A stretch of 16,160 bases of DNA from a virus (taxonomy: Duplodnaviria; Heunggongvirae; Uroviricota; Caudoviricetes): IMG/VR virus record IMGVR_UViG_2744054631_000001; one strand, given 5' to 3'. Shown here one piece after another: positions 1 to 8,780 of this stretch. How positions within the stretch are numbered: the stretch's first letter is position 1; each line of letters starts with the position of its first letter. The notes beneath the pieces are model-generated. The model worked only from the letters and a program-made list of their open reading frames with translations. It was not told the DNA's origin and ran no database searches. A program made the position numbers and the translations under genes.

Positions 1-105
1 TTTCACACGAAGGTCGATGCGGCGGCCAAATCGTTGTAAATCCCCGTAAAGGCAGATGCGCGCCATGCCCGGTGACGCCAGAGGGAGTGTGTGCGTCGCT
101 GCCAT
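1..105 (-). CDS. I: tail assembly protein I, N-terminal fragment (gene runs off the window start)
   Basis: Minus-strand ATG at about 103-105 translates MAATHTLPLASPGMARICLYGDLQRFGRRIDLRVK, matching the lambda gpI N-terminus as recalled. It overlaps the 3' end of K in another frame, as in lambda. Only 35 codons are in the window, so it is absent from the ORF track. Confidence 0.6.
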   Translation of the reverse strand, partial: MAATHTLPLASPGMARICLYGDLQRFGRRIDLRVK

Positions 106-746
106 TTGTCGGTGTACCTCTCTCGTTTGCTCAGTTGTTCAGGAATATGGTGCAGCAGCTCGCCATCACCACAGTAAATGGCGGCATGATTCGGCACCGA
201 TGAACCAAAACAGCACAGCAGCACATCGCCCGGTTGTGCTGATGACAACGGCACCTGATACAGCCCTGTGGCCTCCAGATTATCCAGATAGAGATTCTGG
301 CCGTTACGCCACCAGTCATCCTCACGATGAAAGTCCGGCATCTCAATCCCCGCCAGATGATAAGCATCCCGGAACAGTGTGTAACAGTCCGTCACACCGT
401 GCTCAAAGCGCCGCCCGGTGAGATGCGGCACACAGCGGAACTTATGAATCGTCCCCCGGCAGACCAGCCACCACGGCAAATCACTCTGCACCTGCAGCCG
501 CCGGTCGGCCTCACTCAGCCAGGGCAGACCACCGGGATGGCTGTGCACCAGCGCCACAATCTCACCCTGCATTTCTGCCCGCAACCAGTCCTCCGGCGAC
601 ATCCGGAAATACTCCTCCGGCTCACCAGAGATATTTACGCAGGGAAGATATCTGTCTCCCTCCGGCGTTCTCACCACAAAGCCGCACGACTCCGCTGGCG
701 CACATCGCCGGGCGTGCGCCAGAATCGCTGATTCTGTCTCTGTCAT
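3..746 (-). CDS. K: tail assembly protein K (MPN/JAB metalloprotease-like domain plus NlpC/P60-like domain)
   Basis: 247-aa ORF in the track. It carries a JAMM-type motif (HSHPGGLPWLSEAD, i.e. HxH-x7-S-x2-D) and a C-terminal Cys/His peptidase-like region, and sits directly downstream of L. The canonical lambda annotation, as I recall it, starts at the internal Met (coordinate 602, 199 aa); the longer form is needed for a complete MPN fold. Confidence 0.85.
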   Translation of the reverse strand: MTETESAILAHARRCAPAESCGFVVRTPEGDRYLPCVNISGEPEEYFRMSPEDWLRAEMQGEIVALVHSHPGGLPWLSEADRRLQVQSDLPWWLVCRGTIHKFRCVPHLTGRRFEHGVTDCYTLFRDAYHLAGIEMPDFHREDDWWRNGQNLYLDNLEATGLYQVPLSSAQPGDVLLCCFGSSVPNHAAIYCGDGELLHHIPEQLSKRERYTDKWQRRTHSLWRHRAWRASAFTGIYNDLAAASTFV

Positions 747-751
747 GGGAT

Positions 752-1450
752 TTACTGCGAAAGTTTGTTAATGGAAAGGAAGCCGCCAAAGTTGCCGACG
801 TTATTGCGGAACTTACAGCCACTCAGGCATTTGCTGCATTTATCCTTCGTGATATCGGACGTCGGCTGGTCATATTCATCCGCGACCGCCGGACCGTTAT
901 AACCGCACTCATCACCGCGATAGGTCCAGGTGCAGGTATTAGCCAGCATGATGCGCCCCGGAAAAACGGCACCATCCGTTTCCGTCGGTGTGGACAGTAC
1001 AAAAGAGGCACTGACCGCGCTCAGTTCGCTGCACTGCTCGATGCGCCAGCGGCTGATCACCTCCTGCTCCGGATCGGCGTCGCTGTTTCCGTTGACGAAG
1101 TTCACCGCATCCAGAAAACGGGCGTAAACCTTACGCCGGACCACCGTTCCGCCGACCAGACTCTGCAGATCTTCCGCCATCCCGGTGACCATACCGTACA
1201 GGTTAGAAACCGTCAGCGTGGGGCGCGTACTGGTGCCTTTACCATTCAGTTCAAAACCACTCCCCTGAATGGGATACGCCTGATACTGCCGCCCCTGCCA
1301 GGTGACCGGCTCACCTTTTTCGTTCTGCTCATTACAGAAAAAATAACGTTCTCCACCAACCTCTGTCAGATCGATTTCCCAGAGCACCACGCTGGCCGAC
1401 TGCTCCGCACGGGTGCATTCATTCAGTGTTTCCTGTCGGATATCCTGCAT
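752..1450 (-). CDS. L: tail tip assembly protein L
   Basis: 232-aa ORF matching lambda gpL in length and sequence as recalled (MQDIRQETLNECTRAEQSASVVLWEIDLTEV...). It has the C-terminal Cys cluster and overlaps M by 1 nt. Confidence 0.9.
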   Translation of the reverse strand: MQDIRQETLNECTRAEQSASVVLWEIDLTEVGGERYFFCNEQNEKGEPVTWQGRQYQAYPIQGSGFELNGKGTSTRPTLTVSNLYGMVTGMAEDLQSLVGGTVVRRKVYARFLDAVNFVNGNSDADPEQEVISRWRIEQCSELSAVSASFVLSTPTETDGAVFPGRIMLANTCTWTYRGDECGYNGPAVADEYDQPTSDITKDKCSKCLSGCKFRNNVGNFGGFLSINKLSQ

Positions 1451-1779
1451 CAGTTCACCACCTGTTCAAACTCTGCGCTGAACTCAACACGCAACATACT
1501 GACCCGCGACGACCATTTTGCGCAGGTCACCTTTATCTGCCGGTAGCCATAAGGCGGCGTCCACAGAAAGGCCTTCCAGCCCCCGTGCTCAGCCAGAAAC
1601 GACTCCAGCGCCGCGGCCTCCCAACGGGGAACAGAAAGCGTCACGCTGTACGTTTTCAGGTCAGTGTTCAGCCCGGCAGGCGCTCGCTGGGAATAGCCAT
1701 CACCAAAGCGCACCTTTCTTACGGAAGGGGCCGAAGCCACATCCATACCGGGTTTCACTTTCCAGCGGAAGGTTTTCAT
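1450..1779 (-). CDS. M: tail tip protein M
   Basis: 109-aa ORF (MKTFRWKVKPGMDVAS...) matching lambda gpM in length and position. It overlaps the H stop by 4 nt. Confidence 0.9.
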   Translation of the reverse strand: MKTFRWKVKPGMDVASAPSVRKVRFGDGYSQRAPAGLNTDLKTYSVTLSVPRWEAAALESFLAEHGGWKAFLWTPPYGYRQIKVTCAKWSSRVSMLRVEFSAEFEQVVN

Positions 1780-4322
1780 CGTCCACCTCCGGAGAACAGA
1801 CCACCATCGCGCATCTGCCCGGTCACAACATCCATTGCCGCCTTACGGGCTACGTCATAAACAGTCTTCAGCGCCTGTGGCCCTATCTGACCGTTCGTGC
1901 CGTCGTTGTTAATCACCACATGGTTATTCTGCTCAAACTTCCCGGACGCCTGCGACCGGCTGTCCGCCATACTGCCCGGTGTACCGACATAACCACCGGT
2001 GGCATAGCCGCGCATAAGCCGGTAGAGATTCCCCACGCCAATCCGACTGGTTGCCTCCTTCGTGAAGACAAATTCACCACGGTGAACAATCCCCGCTGGC
2101 TCATATTTGCCGCCGGTTCCCGTAAATCCTCCGGTCGCAAAATGGAATTTCGCCGCAGATGCCTGAATGGCTGTACCGCCTGACGCTGATGCACCGCCAA
2201 TGACACTGCCGACACTCCCGACGATCCCCACCATTGCCTGCTTAAGCAGAATTTCTGTCATCATGGACAGCACGGAACGGGTGAAGCTGCGCCAGTTCTG
2301 TTCACTGCCGGTCAGCATCGCCGCCATATTCTGTGCAATACCATCAAAGGTCTGCGTGGCAGCACTTTTAACCTGCGACATACTGTCCGTGGCACTCTCT
2401 TTCCACTCGCTCCAGCCGGACTTCAGGCCAGCCATCCAGCTCCCGCGAAGCTGGTCTTCAGCTGCCCAGGTCTTTTTCTGCTCTGACAAGACGTTATTCA
2501 GCGCCAGCGGATTATCGCCATACTGTTCCTTCAGACGCTGTTCCGTAGCTTCCCACGCTGCCTGCCGGTCAGTCACCCCCCGGCTTTTCGCATCAATGGC
2601 TGCCCGTTTTGCCCGTTGCTGCTGTGCGAATTTATCCGCCTGCTGCGCCAGCGCGTTCAGGTGCTCCTGATACGTGACCTTATCGCCAAGTGCAGCCAGC
2701 TGGCGTTTGTACTCCAGCGTCTCATCTTTATGCGCCAGCAGGGATTTCTCCTGTGCGGACAGCTGGCGACGTTGTGCCGCCTCCTCCAGTACCGCGAACT
2801 GATTTTCCGCCTTCCATAAATCCCGGCGCTGCTGGCTGATTTTCTCATTCGCTCCGGCATGCTTCTCCAGCGTCCGGAGTTCTGCCTGAAGCGTCAGCAG
2901 GGCCGCATGAGCACTGTCTTCCTGACGATCGCCCGCAGACACCTTCACGCCGGACTGTTTCGGCTTTTTCAGCGTCGCTTCATAATCCTTTTTCGCCGCC
3001 GCCATCAGCGTGTTGTAATCTGCCTGCAGGATTTTTCCGTCTTTCAGTGCCTTATTCAGTTCTTCCTGACGGGCGGTATATTTCTCCAGCGGCGTCTGCA
3101 GGCGTTCGTAAGCCTTCTGCGCCTCTTCGGTATATTTCAGCCGTGACGCTTCGGTATCGCTCTGCTGCTGCGCATTTTTGTCCTGTTGAGTCTGCTGCTC
3201 AGCCTTCTTTCGGGCGGCTTCAAGCGCAAGACGGGCCTTTTCACGATCATCCCAGTAACGCGCCCGCGCTTCATCGTTAACAAAATAATCATCCTTGCGC
3301 AGATTCCAGATGTCGTCTGCTTTCTTAAACGCAGCCTCTGCCTTAATCAGCATCTCCTGCGCGGTATCAGGACGACCAATATCCAGCACCGCATCCCACA
3401 TGGATTTGAATGCCCGTGCTGTCCTGTCTGCCCAGGTCTCCAGCGTGCCCATGTTCTCTTTCAGGCGGCGGGTCTGGTCATCAAATCCTTTCGTTGCGGC
3501 CTCGTTCGCCGCCTGCAATGCCCCGGCCTCATCGCCGGAACGCTGCAACTGAGCAACATACGCAATCTGCTCCGCCGTCACGTTATGGAACTGACGCGCC
3601 ATCGCTGTCAGCCCTGACGTCGGGTCTGTGGTCAGCTTCCCGAAGGCTTCAGCGACCTTGTCCACCTCCACGCCGGATGCAGAGGAGAAACGCGCCACAC
3701 TCTGGCTGATGGACGCAATCTGAGCCTCACCGCTTACCCCCGCCTTAACCAGTGCGCTGAGTGACTCGCTGGTCTGGTTAAACGTCAGCCCTGCCGCCTG
3801 CCCGGCTCTGGACAGGGCCAGCATACGATCTGCCGTCAGTCCCGCCTGATTACCGGAAAGGACCAGCGTTTTATTGAAATTGGACAGGGTTGAGTCACCC
3901 TGATACCAGGCATACGCCAGCGCACCGGTCGCCACCGCCAGCGAGGTGGCCCCCACCATCGGCAGGGTGATCGCACCGGCAAGCCCCCTGAACATGGGGA
4001 TCATCCCGCCGAAGGAGTCCTTCACCTGACCACCCTGTTGCAGCAGGATAAGCCACGGATTCTGCCCCCCTGCAAGCTGCGTGGCCACGTCGGTGAACTG
4101 CGCAGGCAGCATACGCATGGCAGCTTTATACTGCCCGACGGAAATCCCCGCTTTCTGTGCAGCCAGCGCCTGCCGGTTCATTGACTGTTCAACGACTGCC
4201 GCTGTTTTTTTCGCATCACTTTCCGTACCGGAAAAATGACGCCTGACTCTGGCCATCTGCTCGTCAAATCTGGCCGCATCCAGACTTAAATCAACGACCA
4301 GATCGCCTACCGGTTCAGCCAT
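1776..4322 (-). CDS. H: tail tape measure protein H
   Basis: 848-aa ORF with the long coiled-coil, Ala/Gln/Lys-rich composition and Gly-rich C-terminal region typical of tape measure proteins. The N-terminus (MAEPVGDLVVDLSLDAARFDEQ...) matches lambda gpH as recalled; lambda is 853 aa. Confidence 0.9.
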   Translation of the reverse strand: MAEPVGDLVVDLSLDAARFDEQMARVRRHFSGTESDAKKTAAVVEQSMNRQALAAQKAGISVGQYKAAMRMLPAQFTDVATQLAGGQNPWLILLQQGGQVKDSFGGMIPMFRGLAGAITLPMVGATSLAVATGALAYAWYQGDSTLSNFNKTLVLSGNQAGLTADRMLALSRAGQAAGLTFNQTSESLSALVKAGVSGEAQIASISQSVARFSSASGVEVDKVAEAFGKLTTDPTSGLTAMARQFHNVTAEQIAYVAQLQRSGDEAGALQAANEAATKGFDDQTRRLKENMGTLETWADRTARAFKSMWDAVLDIGRPDTAQEMLIKAEAAFKKADDIWNLRKDDYFVNDEARARYWDDREKARLALEAARKKAEQQTQQDKNAQQQSDTEASRLKYTEEAQKAYERLQTPLEKYTARQEELNKALKDGKILQADYNTLMAAAKKDYEATLKKPKQSGVKVSAGDRQEDSAHAALLTLQAELRTLEKHAGANEKISQQRRDLWKAENQFAVLEEAAQRRQLSAQEKSLLAHKDETLEYKRQLAALGDKVTYQEHLNALAQQADKFAQQQRAKRAAIDAKSRGVTDRQAAWEATEQRLKEQYGDNPLALNNVLSEQKKTWAAEDQLRGSWMAGLKSGWSEWKESATDSMSQVKSAATQTFDGIAQNMAAMLTGSEQNWRSFTRSVLSMMTEILLKQAMVGIVGSVGSVIGGASASGGTAIQASAAKFHFATGGFTGTGGKYEPAGIVHRGEFVFTKEATSRIGVGNLYRLMRGYATGGYVGTPGSMADSRSQASGKFEQNNHVVINNDGTNGQIGPQALKTVYDVARKAAMDVVTGQMRDGGLFSGGGR

Positions 4323-4749
4323 ACCGGACTCCTCCTGCGATCCCTTCTGATACTGTCATCAGCATTACGTCATCCTCCGTCATGTCCGCCACATACGGGG
4401 AAGCGGGGATAACTTCATTCCCGTCCGGGCCAAAACGAACGCCTCCGGCAAGCCCTGCCGCTTTCTGCATCAGCACATCATCTTCAGGCTCTTCGTCAGC
4501 CTCACGCCGGTTCAGCAGACTGAAATCCAGCGGATGCATCTCCGGATCGCTGAAAAACAGGCTGAGCACGGTGTACGTCAGCCCGGAAAAGTGCATATCC
4601 AGCAGAACATCATGAAAATAATGGGTACTGTAAAAACGGTGCCAGTCGGCATACTCCGTGGATGACATCCCGGCAAGCATGGCGCGCCAGTCGGGTCGCC
4701 CCATCTCACGCGCCAGTTTCAGGGCAAAACTCAGCTCACCGTCGAACAC
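4315..4749 (-). CDS. T: tail assembly chaperone T frame, made as the G-T fusion by programmed -1 ribosomal frameshift
   Basis: 144-codon ORF in the -1 frame relative to G, beginning at the G slippery site and overlapping the start of H. The track labels its first codon M, but it is GTG at the slip site, so this is not an independent start. Confidence 0.85.
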   Translation of the reverse strand: MFDGELSFALKLAREMGRPDWRAMLAGMSSTEYADWHRFYSTHYFHDVLLDMHFSGLTYTVLSLFFSDPEMHPLDFSLLNRREADEEPEDDVLMQKAAGLAGGVRFGPDGNEVIPASPYVADMTEDDVMLMTVSEGIAGGVRYG

Positions 4750-5153
4750 TTTCCCGCAGAAACAGGCTCTGCAGGCCCGGCGTCATCTGCCTGTTCAGGG
4801 GAATTATTCACCACAAACTCAGACATTCCGGACAGACGTAACACCACGTTTTCAGCCTGAGCAATTGCCTCCGTGGGCCAGGTGGTAAGCACTTCCTGCT
4901 CAATCTGCGTAATGGCTTCATTCATGGACGGCAGCTTTGTCTTCTGCGGATGGTTATGCCACAGAGACATCGCCACCAGAAACGCCCCGCCTCTGATAAG
5001 ATCCTCTACAGACACCTGCAGGTTGCCGCTGGATTCAGCCTTTTTTTCCTGCTCTTTCAACCAGGCAAGATGCTCAATACGCTGCAGGGCTGACAGTTCA
5101 GAAAGCGTGACGGTCACGCCGTTATATTCAAATGATTCGGTTTTCAGGAACAT
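4731..5153 (-). CDS. G: tail assembly chaperone G
   Basis: 140-aa ORF (MFLKTESFEYNGVTVTLSEL...) matching lambda gpG in length. The slippery heptamer G GGA AAG lies 6 codons before its stop. Confidence 0.9.
   Translation of the reverse strand: MFLKTESFEYNGVTVTLSELSALQRIEHLAWLKEQEKKAESSGNLQVSVEDLIRGGAFLVAMSLWHNHPQKTKLPSMNEAITQIEQEVLTTWPTEAIAQAENVVLRLSGMSEFVVNNSPEQADDAGPAEPVSAGKCSTVS
4749..4755 (-). promoter_or_regulatory. programmed -1 frameshift slippery heptamer GGGAAAG (G to G-T recoding site)
   Basis: Plus strand reads ctttccc at 4749-4755, which is GGGAAAG on the coding strand in G frame G GGA AAG. The downstream ORF T is in the -1 frame. Confidence 0.85.
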
Positions 5154-5168
5154 CGCTGACTCTCCGGA

Positions 5169-5909
5169 TTAGCTGGCGGTGACGGTGATTTCTGCAACCG
5201 CAGCAAACTCACCATTACCGGATACAACCGGAATGTTGACCTTGCCTGCGGCAACGCCGTTCACGGTGATGGTCATACCACTGACCGACACGGTGGCTTT
5301 TGTTTTATCCGAAGACACCGCACGGAAGCTCTTGTCGGTTACGCCTTCCGGCTGGAATGCCACGGTCAGCGTGGTGCTCTGCCCTTTCACTACGGACGCA
5401 CTGGCTGGCGTTACCGTCATGCCGGTTGCCGCCGTCACCGTACTGCGATCTTCAGCCATCGACGGGCGTCCCACATTGGTGACCTTCACCGTGCGGGTGA
5501 TCACTTCCTTCGCCGTCACCGCCTTACCGATACTGCTGACCCAGCCACGGAACACATCGACCGTGCCGTTCGGAAAGCGGATTTTATAGGCACGGGTATC
5601 ACCTTCATTAAACCACGCCAGCAGCGCCTGCTGCCCCTGCTCTCCGGGCATCCACGCCAGCGTGAAGCTGGTATCTCCGGCAGATTTCTGCCCCTGCCCG
5701 GTCGCAGTCCAGTCCGCATCCTCATCATCGAGATAGCTGTCTTCATAGGACTCAGCGGTCAGTTCGCCGGGCGTCAGGTCTTTAACTTTTGCCAGACGCG
5801 ACCAGTCAACGTCTGAAAGCGGGTTCGCATAAGGGTCACCGTTCCCCTTATAAACCCACAGTGTGGTCCCGGCACCTTTCACCGGCATTGTTGGATTTGG
5901 TACAGGCAT
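5169..5909 (-). CDS. V: major tail tube protein V with C-terminal Ig-like domain
   Basis: Track ORF is 5169..5939. I place the start at the internal [22 protein letters not shown] (246 aa, the lambda gpV length), which is preceded by a GAGGA Shine-Dalgarno. The C-terminal roughly 90 aa are Thr/Val-rich, consistent with the known Ig-like domain of gpV. Confidence 0.9.
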   Translation of the reverse strand: MPVPNPTMPVKGAGTTLWVYKGNGDPYANPLSDVDWSRLAKVKDLTPGELTAESYEDSYLDDEDADWTATGQGQKSAGDTSFTLAWMPGEQGQQALLAWFNEGDTRAYKIRFPNGTVDVFRGWVSSIGKAVTAKEVITRTVKVTNVGRPSMAEDRSTVTAATGMTVTPASASVVKGQSTTLTVAFQPEGVTDKSFRAVSSDKTKATVSVSGMTITVNGVAAGKVNIPVVSGNGEFAAVAEITVTAS

Positions 5910-5916
5910 AGCGTCC

Positions 5917-6312
5917 TCACATTTCATAGGTAATGACATAAGTCAGATCGGCTGAACTCCACAGGCCCGCATCATCGTCGCGCCGGTAGTCATAGCCACT
6001 GGCCACCATACTGGTGATCAAATCTGACAGTGCCGGGACATCGCTCATCACCGGATAAATTCGGGACTCCATCCACGAATCCAGCTCTGAATCCGGCACC
6101 TGAGCAGGCAGGAAAACTTCAATATGCAGCTCCGCCTGCCAGGTATCACTGTCCAGCTCTTCGCCCGTGTATTCAGCGCCGGTGAGATAAACGGCAATTG
6201 CCGGAAAATCCGCCTCATCAAAAACAGCGGGGCGACCATCAAAAAGCGTCGCCCCGGTGTCATGCTTCTCCAGTGCATCCAGTACGGCTGCACGGAGTTC
6301 AGTATGTTTCAT
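5917..6312 (-). CDS. U: tail terminator protein U
   Basis: 131-aa ORF ([26 protein letters not shown]...) matching lambda gpU in length. Its start overlaps the Z stop (ATGA). Confidence 0.9.
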   Translation of the reverse strand: MKHTELRAAVLDALEKHDTGATLFDGRPAVFDEADFPAIAVYLTGAEYTGEELDSDTWQAELHIEVFLPAQVPDSELDSWMESRIYPVMSDVPALSDLITSMVASGYDYRRDDDAGLWSSADLTYVITYEM

Positions 6313-6887
6313 CGCTTTATTACCATCCTCAGTTGATGCTGCAGCGCATAGCCCAGCTCTTTCGGAAGACGTTCACGCCGTATCCGTTCAATATTCTGTT
6401 TAAACGCCGTGGTCAGCGGCACCGCCATCGGGATTTTCACCACATCAATGGGGTAACGGTTTTTCCCGGCCACACGCTGCATGACATGCCACCGGCCATT
6501 TTTCAGTTGCTGAATAAACGCGCCGGGAATACGACGGTTTCCCACCACAAGCACGCTGCCGCCACCTTTCAGGGATGAACGCTGCCCCTTTTTACGACGT
6601 CTGCGGCGGGAAAGGACAACCCGCGCGTTACCCAGCTTGATTACGGGCAAATCCCCCCGGTTAACCCTGATTCTGGCCTGCGGATTTTTGACCGTGGCCC
6701 TTTTCAGCCTGGCCCTTTCCTTTACCAGTTTCCGGCGTACCTTTGTCTCACGGGCAACCTGTGCCACCGACTGCGATATCGCGGATGAAGCAACGCGGTT
6801 AATGGCCATTGCGGCGGCACCGGGCACCGCCGTTCTGCTGATACGGCTTAGGTTTTCAACGGCCTGCTCAAGACCTTTTATGGCCAT
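6309..6887 (-). CDS. Z: tail completion protein Z
   Basis: 192-aa basic ORF (MAIKGLEQAVENLSRISRTAVPGAAAMAINRV...) matching lambda gpZ in length and position. Confidence 0.9.
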   Translation of the reverse strand: MAIKGLEQAVENLSRISRTAVPGAAAMAINRVASSAISQSVAQVARETKVRRKLVKERARLKRATVKNPQARIRVNRGDLPVIKLGNARVVLSRRRRRKKGQRSSLKGGGSVLVVGNRRIPGAFIQQLKNGRWHVMQRVAGKNRYPIDVVKIPMAVPLTTAFKQNIERIRRERLPKELGYALQHQLRMVIKR

Positions 6888-6898
6888 ACATCCCCCTT

Positions 6899-7252
6899 TC
6901 AGCGGCGACGGTTAACGGCAGGCGGTACGCCCCGCCCAAGCCAGAGATGACAGCTTCCGCCATCATCCGGCGAAACCCGGTCTATCCAGAAGTTTTCCTC
7001 ACCGATGGTCAGCGTGTCGCCGCGCCGCAGCTGCCGCACCTCATCAGTCCGGACAAACAGGGACGGGCTGGAGCCTTCAACGCGCACGCCCTGTCCGGCA
7101 TAGCTGATATTTTCAGGGTCATCAAAAACACCACGTATCACAGCACCGGACTGCTCACCGGATGTCATGGTGGCTGACGTTCCCATGTACCCGCGTATCG
7201 TTTCATCGGCGCAGGCAATGGCAGCATCGAACAGGTTATCGAAATCAGCCAC
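6899..7252 (-). CDS. FII: head-tail connector protein FII
   Basis: 117-aa ORF (MADFDNLFDAAIACADETIRGYMG...) matching lambda gpFII in length. It lies 12 nt downstream of FI. Confidence 0.9.
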   Translation of the reverse strand: MADFDNLFDAAIACADETIRGYMGTSATMTSGEQSGAVIRGVFDDPENISYAGQGVRVEGSSPSLFVRTDEVRQLRRGDTLTIGEENFWIDRVSPDDGGSCHLWLGRGVPPAVNRRR

Positions 7253-7263
7253 AGCGCCTCCCG

Positions 7264-7659
7264 TTATTGCATTCTGGCCAGGCCGCGCTCTGTCATTTCA
7301 GCTGCCACACCGGCAGAGACACGGAACGCCGTTCCCGGCAGCACAAATGCCACAGCCTCATCCCGCGTGGCGTGAAGTGCATCAGTATGCAGCGTCACCA
7401 GTGCCACAACCGTGACCAGATCAGCCGTATCAGTCACGGTATCCGGCTGCGCTGATACCACCTCATTTTCATGCCCGGTCAGCGCATTTTCCGGGCTGAC
7501 AGATGTGTCCTGACCGGCAGCGTCATCCGTGTCATTAAGCTCCTCTTCCAGCTCTGCCACACGGAGTGCCAGTTCTTCTTTCGTCCCCGTTAGGCTGACA
7601 TCACGGTTCAGTTGCTCACCCAGCACCTGAAGACGGGCAATCAGTTCATCTTTCGTCAT
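7264..7659 (-). CDS. FI: head completion / DNA-packaging accessory protein FI
   Basis: Track ORF is 7264..7698. I place the start at the internal MTKDELIARLQVLGEQLNRDV..., which is preceded by a strong GGAGGAG Shine-Dalgarno and matches the lambda E-FI spacing of 42 nt. Confidence 0.85.
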   Translation of the reverse strand: MTKDELIARLQVLGEQLNRDVSLTGTKEELALRVAELEEELNDTDDAAGQDTSVSPENALTGHENEVVSAQPDTVTDTADLVTVVALVTLHTDALHATRDEAVAFVLPGTAFRVSAGVAAEMTERGLARMQ

Positions 7660-7700
7660 GGACTCCTCCACAGAGAGAAAATGGCCCCGAAGGGCCATGA

Positions 7701-8725
7701 TTACGCCAGTTGTACGGACACGAACGCATCAGGGTCAGCCAGCAGCATCAGCGGTGCTGACTGAATCATGGTGAACTCACGCGCCGGATCGCCGGTGGTC
7801 ACCCAGTTTTTCGGGTAGCGGGCAGAGGCGTTAATACCTTCGCGCTGTGCGTCCGCATCCTGAATGCAGCCATAGGTGCGCAGACCGCGTGCCTGAGTGT
7901 TCCCCAGCACCATCGTGTTGTCCGGCAGGAAGTTCTTTTTGACGTCGTTTTCCACGTACTGTCCGGAATACACGACGATCGCCGTATCGCCATACCTCCC
8001 CTTATAGGACACCGCTTCGCCCAGGTCTTTTACCGCAGTCTCCAGCTCGGAATTAGAGCCGCGACGGGTATCCAGCTTCTCCTTGACGGCTTTGAAGGAA
8101 CGGAACAGCGCCCAGCCTTTCGGATCAAACACGATGATGTTCACCACACCGCTGGCGTTCAGCGCGTAGGCTTCGATATCGTCGGTCGGGTCATACGTGG
8201 ACTTGTCACGCTTGCTCCACTCCGTGCCACCGGACTGTGTGATGTTGTTCGCCGCACTGCGGCCCATATCCACCTCAACCGGATCGAAGGCTTCACCGGT
8301 CATGGTGTATTTGCCCTTGAGCACAGCAGAAACTGCCTGCATCTCTTCGACCTGAGCAATGGCAAGCTCCTCATCACGCATGTTTTGCATGATGATGCGA
8401 CGGCGGCGGTAAGCCGGATCCGCCAGATTCTGTGGATCTTCATCCGGCAGGCGACGCAGGGTCATCTGCGGATTCACCTCATGCTTCGGCTTGACATATC
8501 CCGGCGTAAATTCAGAGGTGGAGCCACCACGGGAGCGGATAACCTCACCGGAAACAATTGGCGAAACGTACAACGCCATGTTTACCAGTCCCGGAATTTG
8601 TGAGAGATAGACTTTCTCCGTGGTGAAGGGATAGCTCTCACGGAAAAGAGACGCAGAAACAGCGGATCAAACTTAAATTTCTTCTCATTTGCCGCCAGCA
8701 GCTGGGCGGTTGTGTACATCGACAT
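7701..8725 (-). pseudogene. E: major capsid protein E, reading frame disrupted by a 1-nt deletion near codon 27
   Basis: The track ORF 7701..8579 (292 aa) begins at the Met that is residue 50 of lambda gpE (MALYVSPIVSGEV...). The true N-terminus (MSMYTTAQLLAANEKKFKFDPLFLRLF...) is encoded from an ATG at about 8725 in a different frame and stops after 47 codons. The D-E spacing (56 nt) matches lambda, but the gene spans 1025 nt instead of 1026. The shift maps to the A-run at about 8644-8647 on the plus strand (T4 on the coding strand where T5 is needed). Confidence 0.7.
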
Positions 8726-8738
8726 AAAAAAATCCCGT

Positions 8739-8759
8739 AAAAAAAGCCGCACCGGCGGC
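8739..8759 (-). terminator. GC-rich hairpin followed by a U-run between D and E (intrinsic-terminator-like)
   Basis: Minus-strand RNA would read AAAGGCCGC-CGGU-GCGGCUUUUUUU: a 5-bp GC stem (extendable by A-U and G-U pairs), a 4-nt loop and a 7-U tract. It lies between the D stop (8781) and the E start (8725). Confidence 0.35.
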
Positions 8760-8780
8760 CTTTAGTGATGAAGGGTAAGG

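Noticed and set aside
1518-2670. Long plus-strand ORFs (221 aa and 167 aa) antisense to the tape measure gene H
   Set aside because: They lie entirely within a well-supported, GC-rich minus-strand gene, have Arg/Pro/Ser-rich low-complexity translations and no ribosome-binding site. This is typical of shadow ORFs in high-GC coding DNA.
5870-6005. Apparent extra or missing base in V and U when I read the printed sequence by eye near the 5880/5881 and 6000/6001 line breaks
   Set aside because: The supplied ORF track gives single, full-length, lambda-sized ORFs for both V and U. I treat this as my own reading error and make no frameshift call here, unlike E, where the ORF track itself shows the break.
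7660-7698. Longer N-terminal extensions of FI (144 aa), D (112 aa), V (256 aa) and C (477 aa) as reported by the longest-ORF track
   Set aside because: In each case an internal start with a good Shine-Dalgarno reproduces the lambda protein length and intergenic spacing. The extensions overlap the upstream gene and lack ribosome-binding sites.
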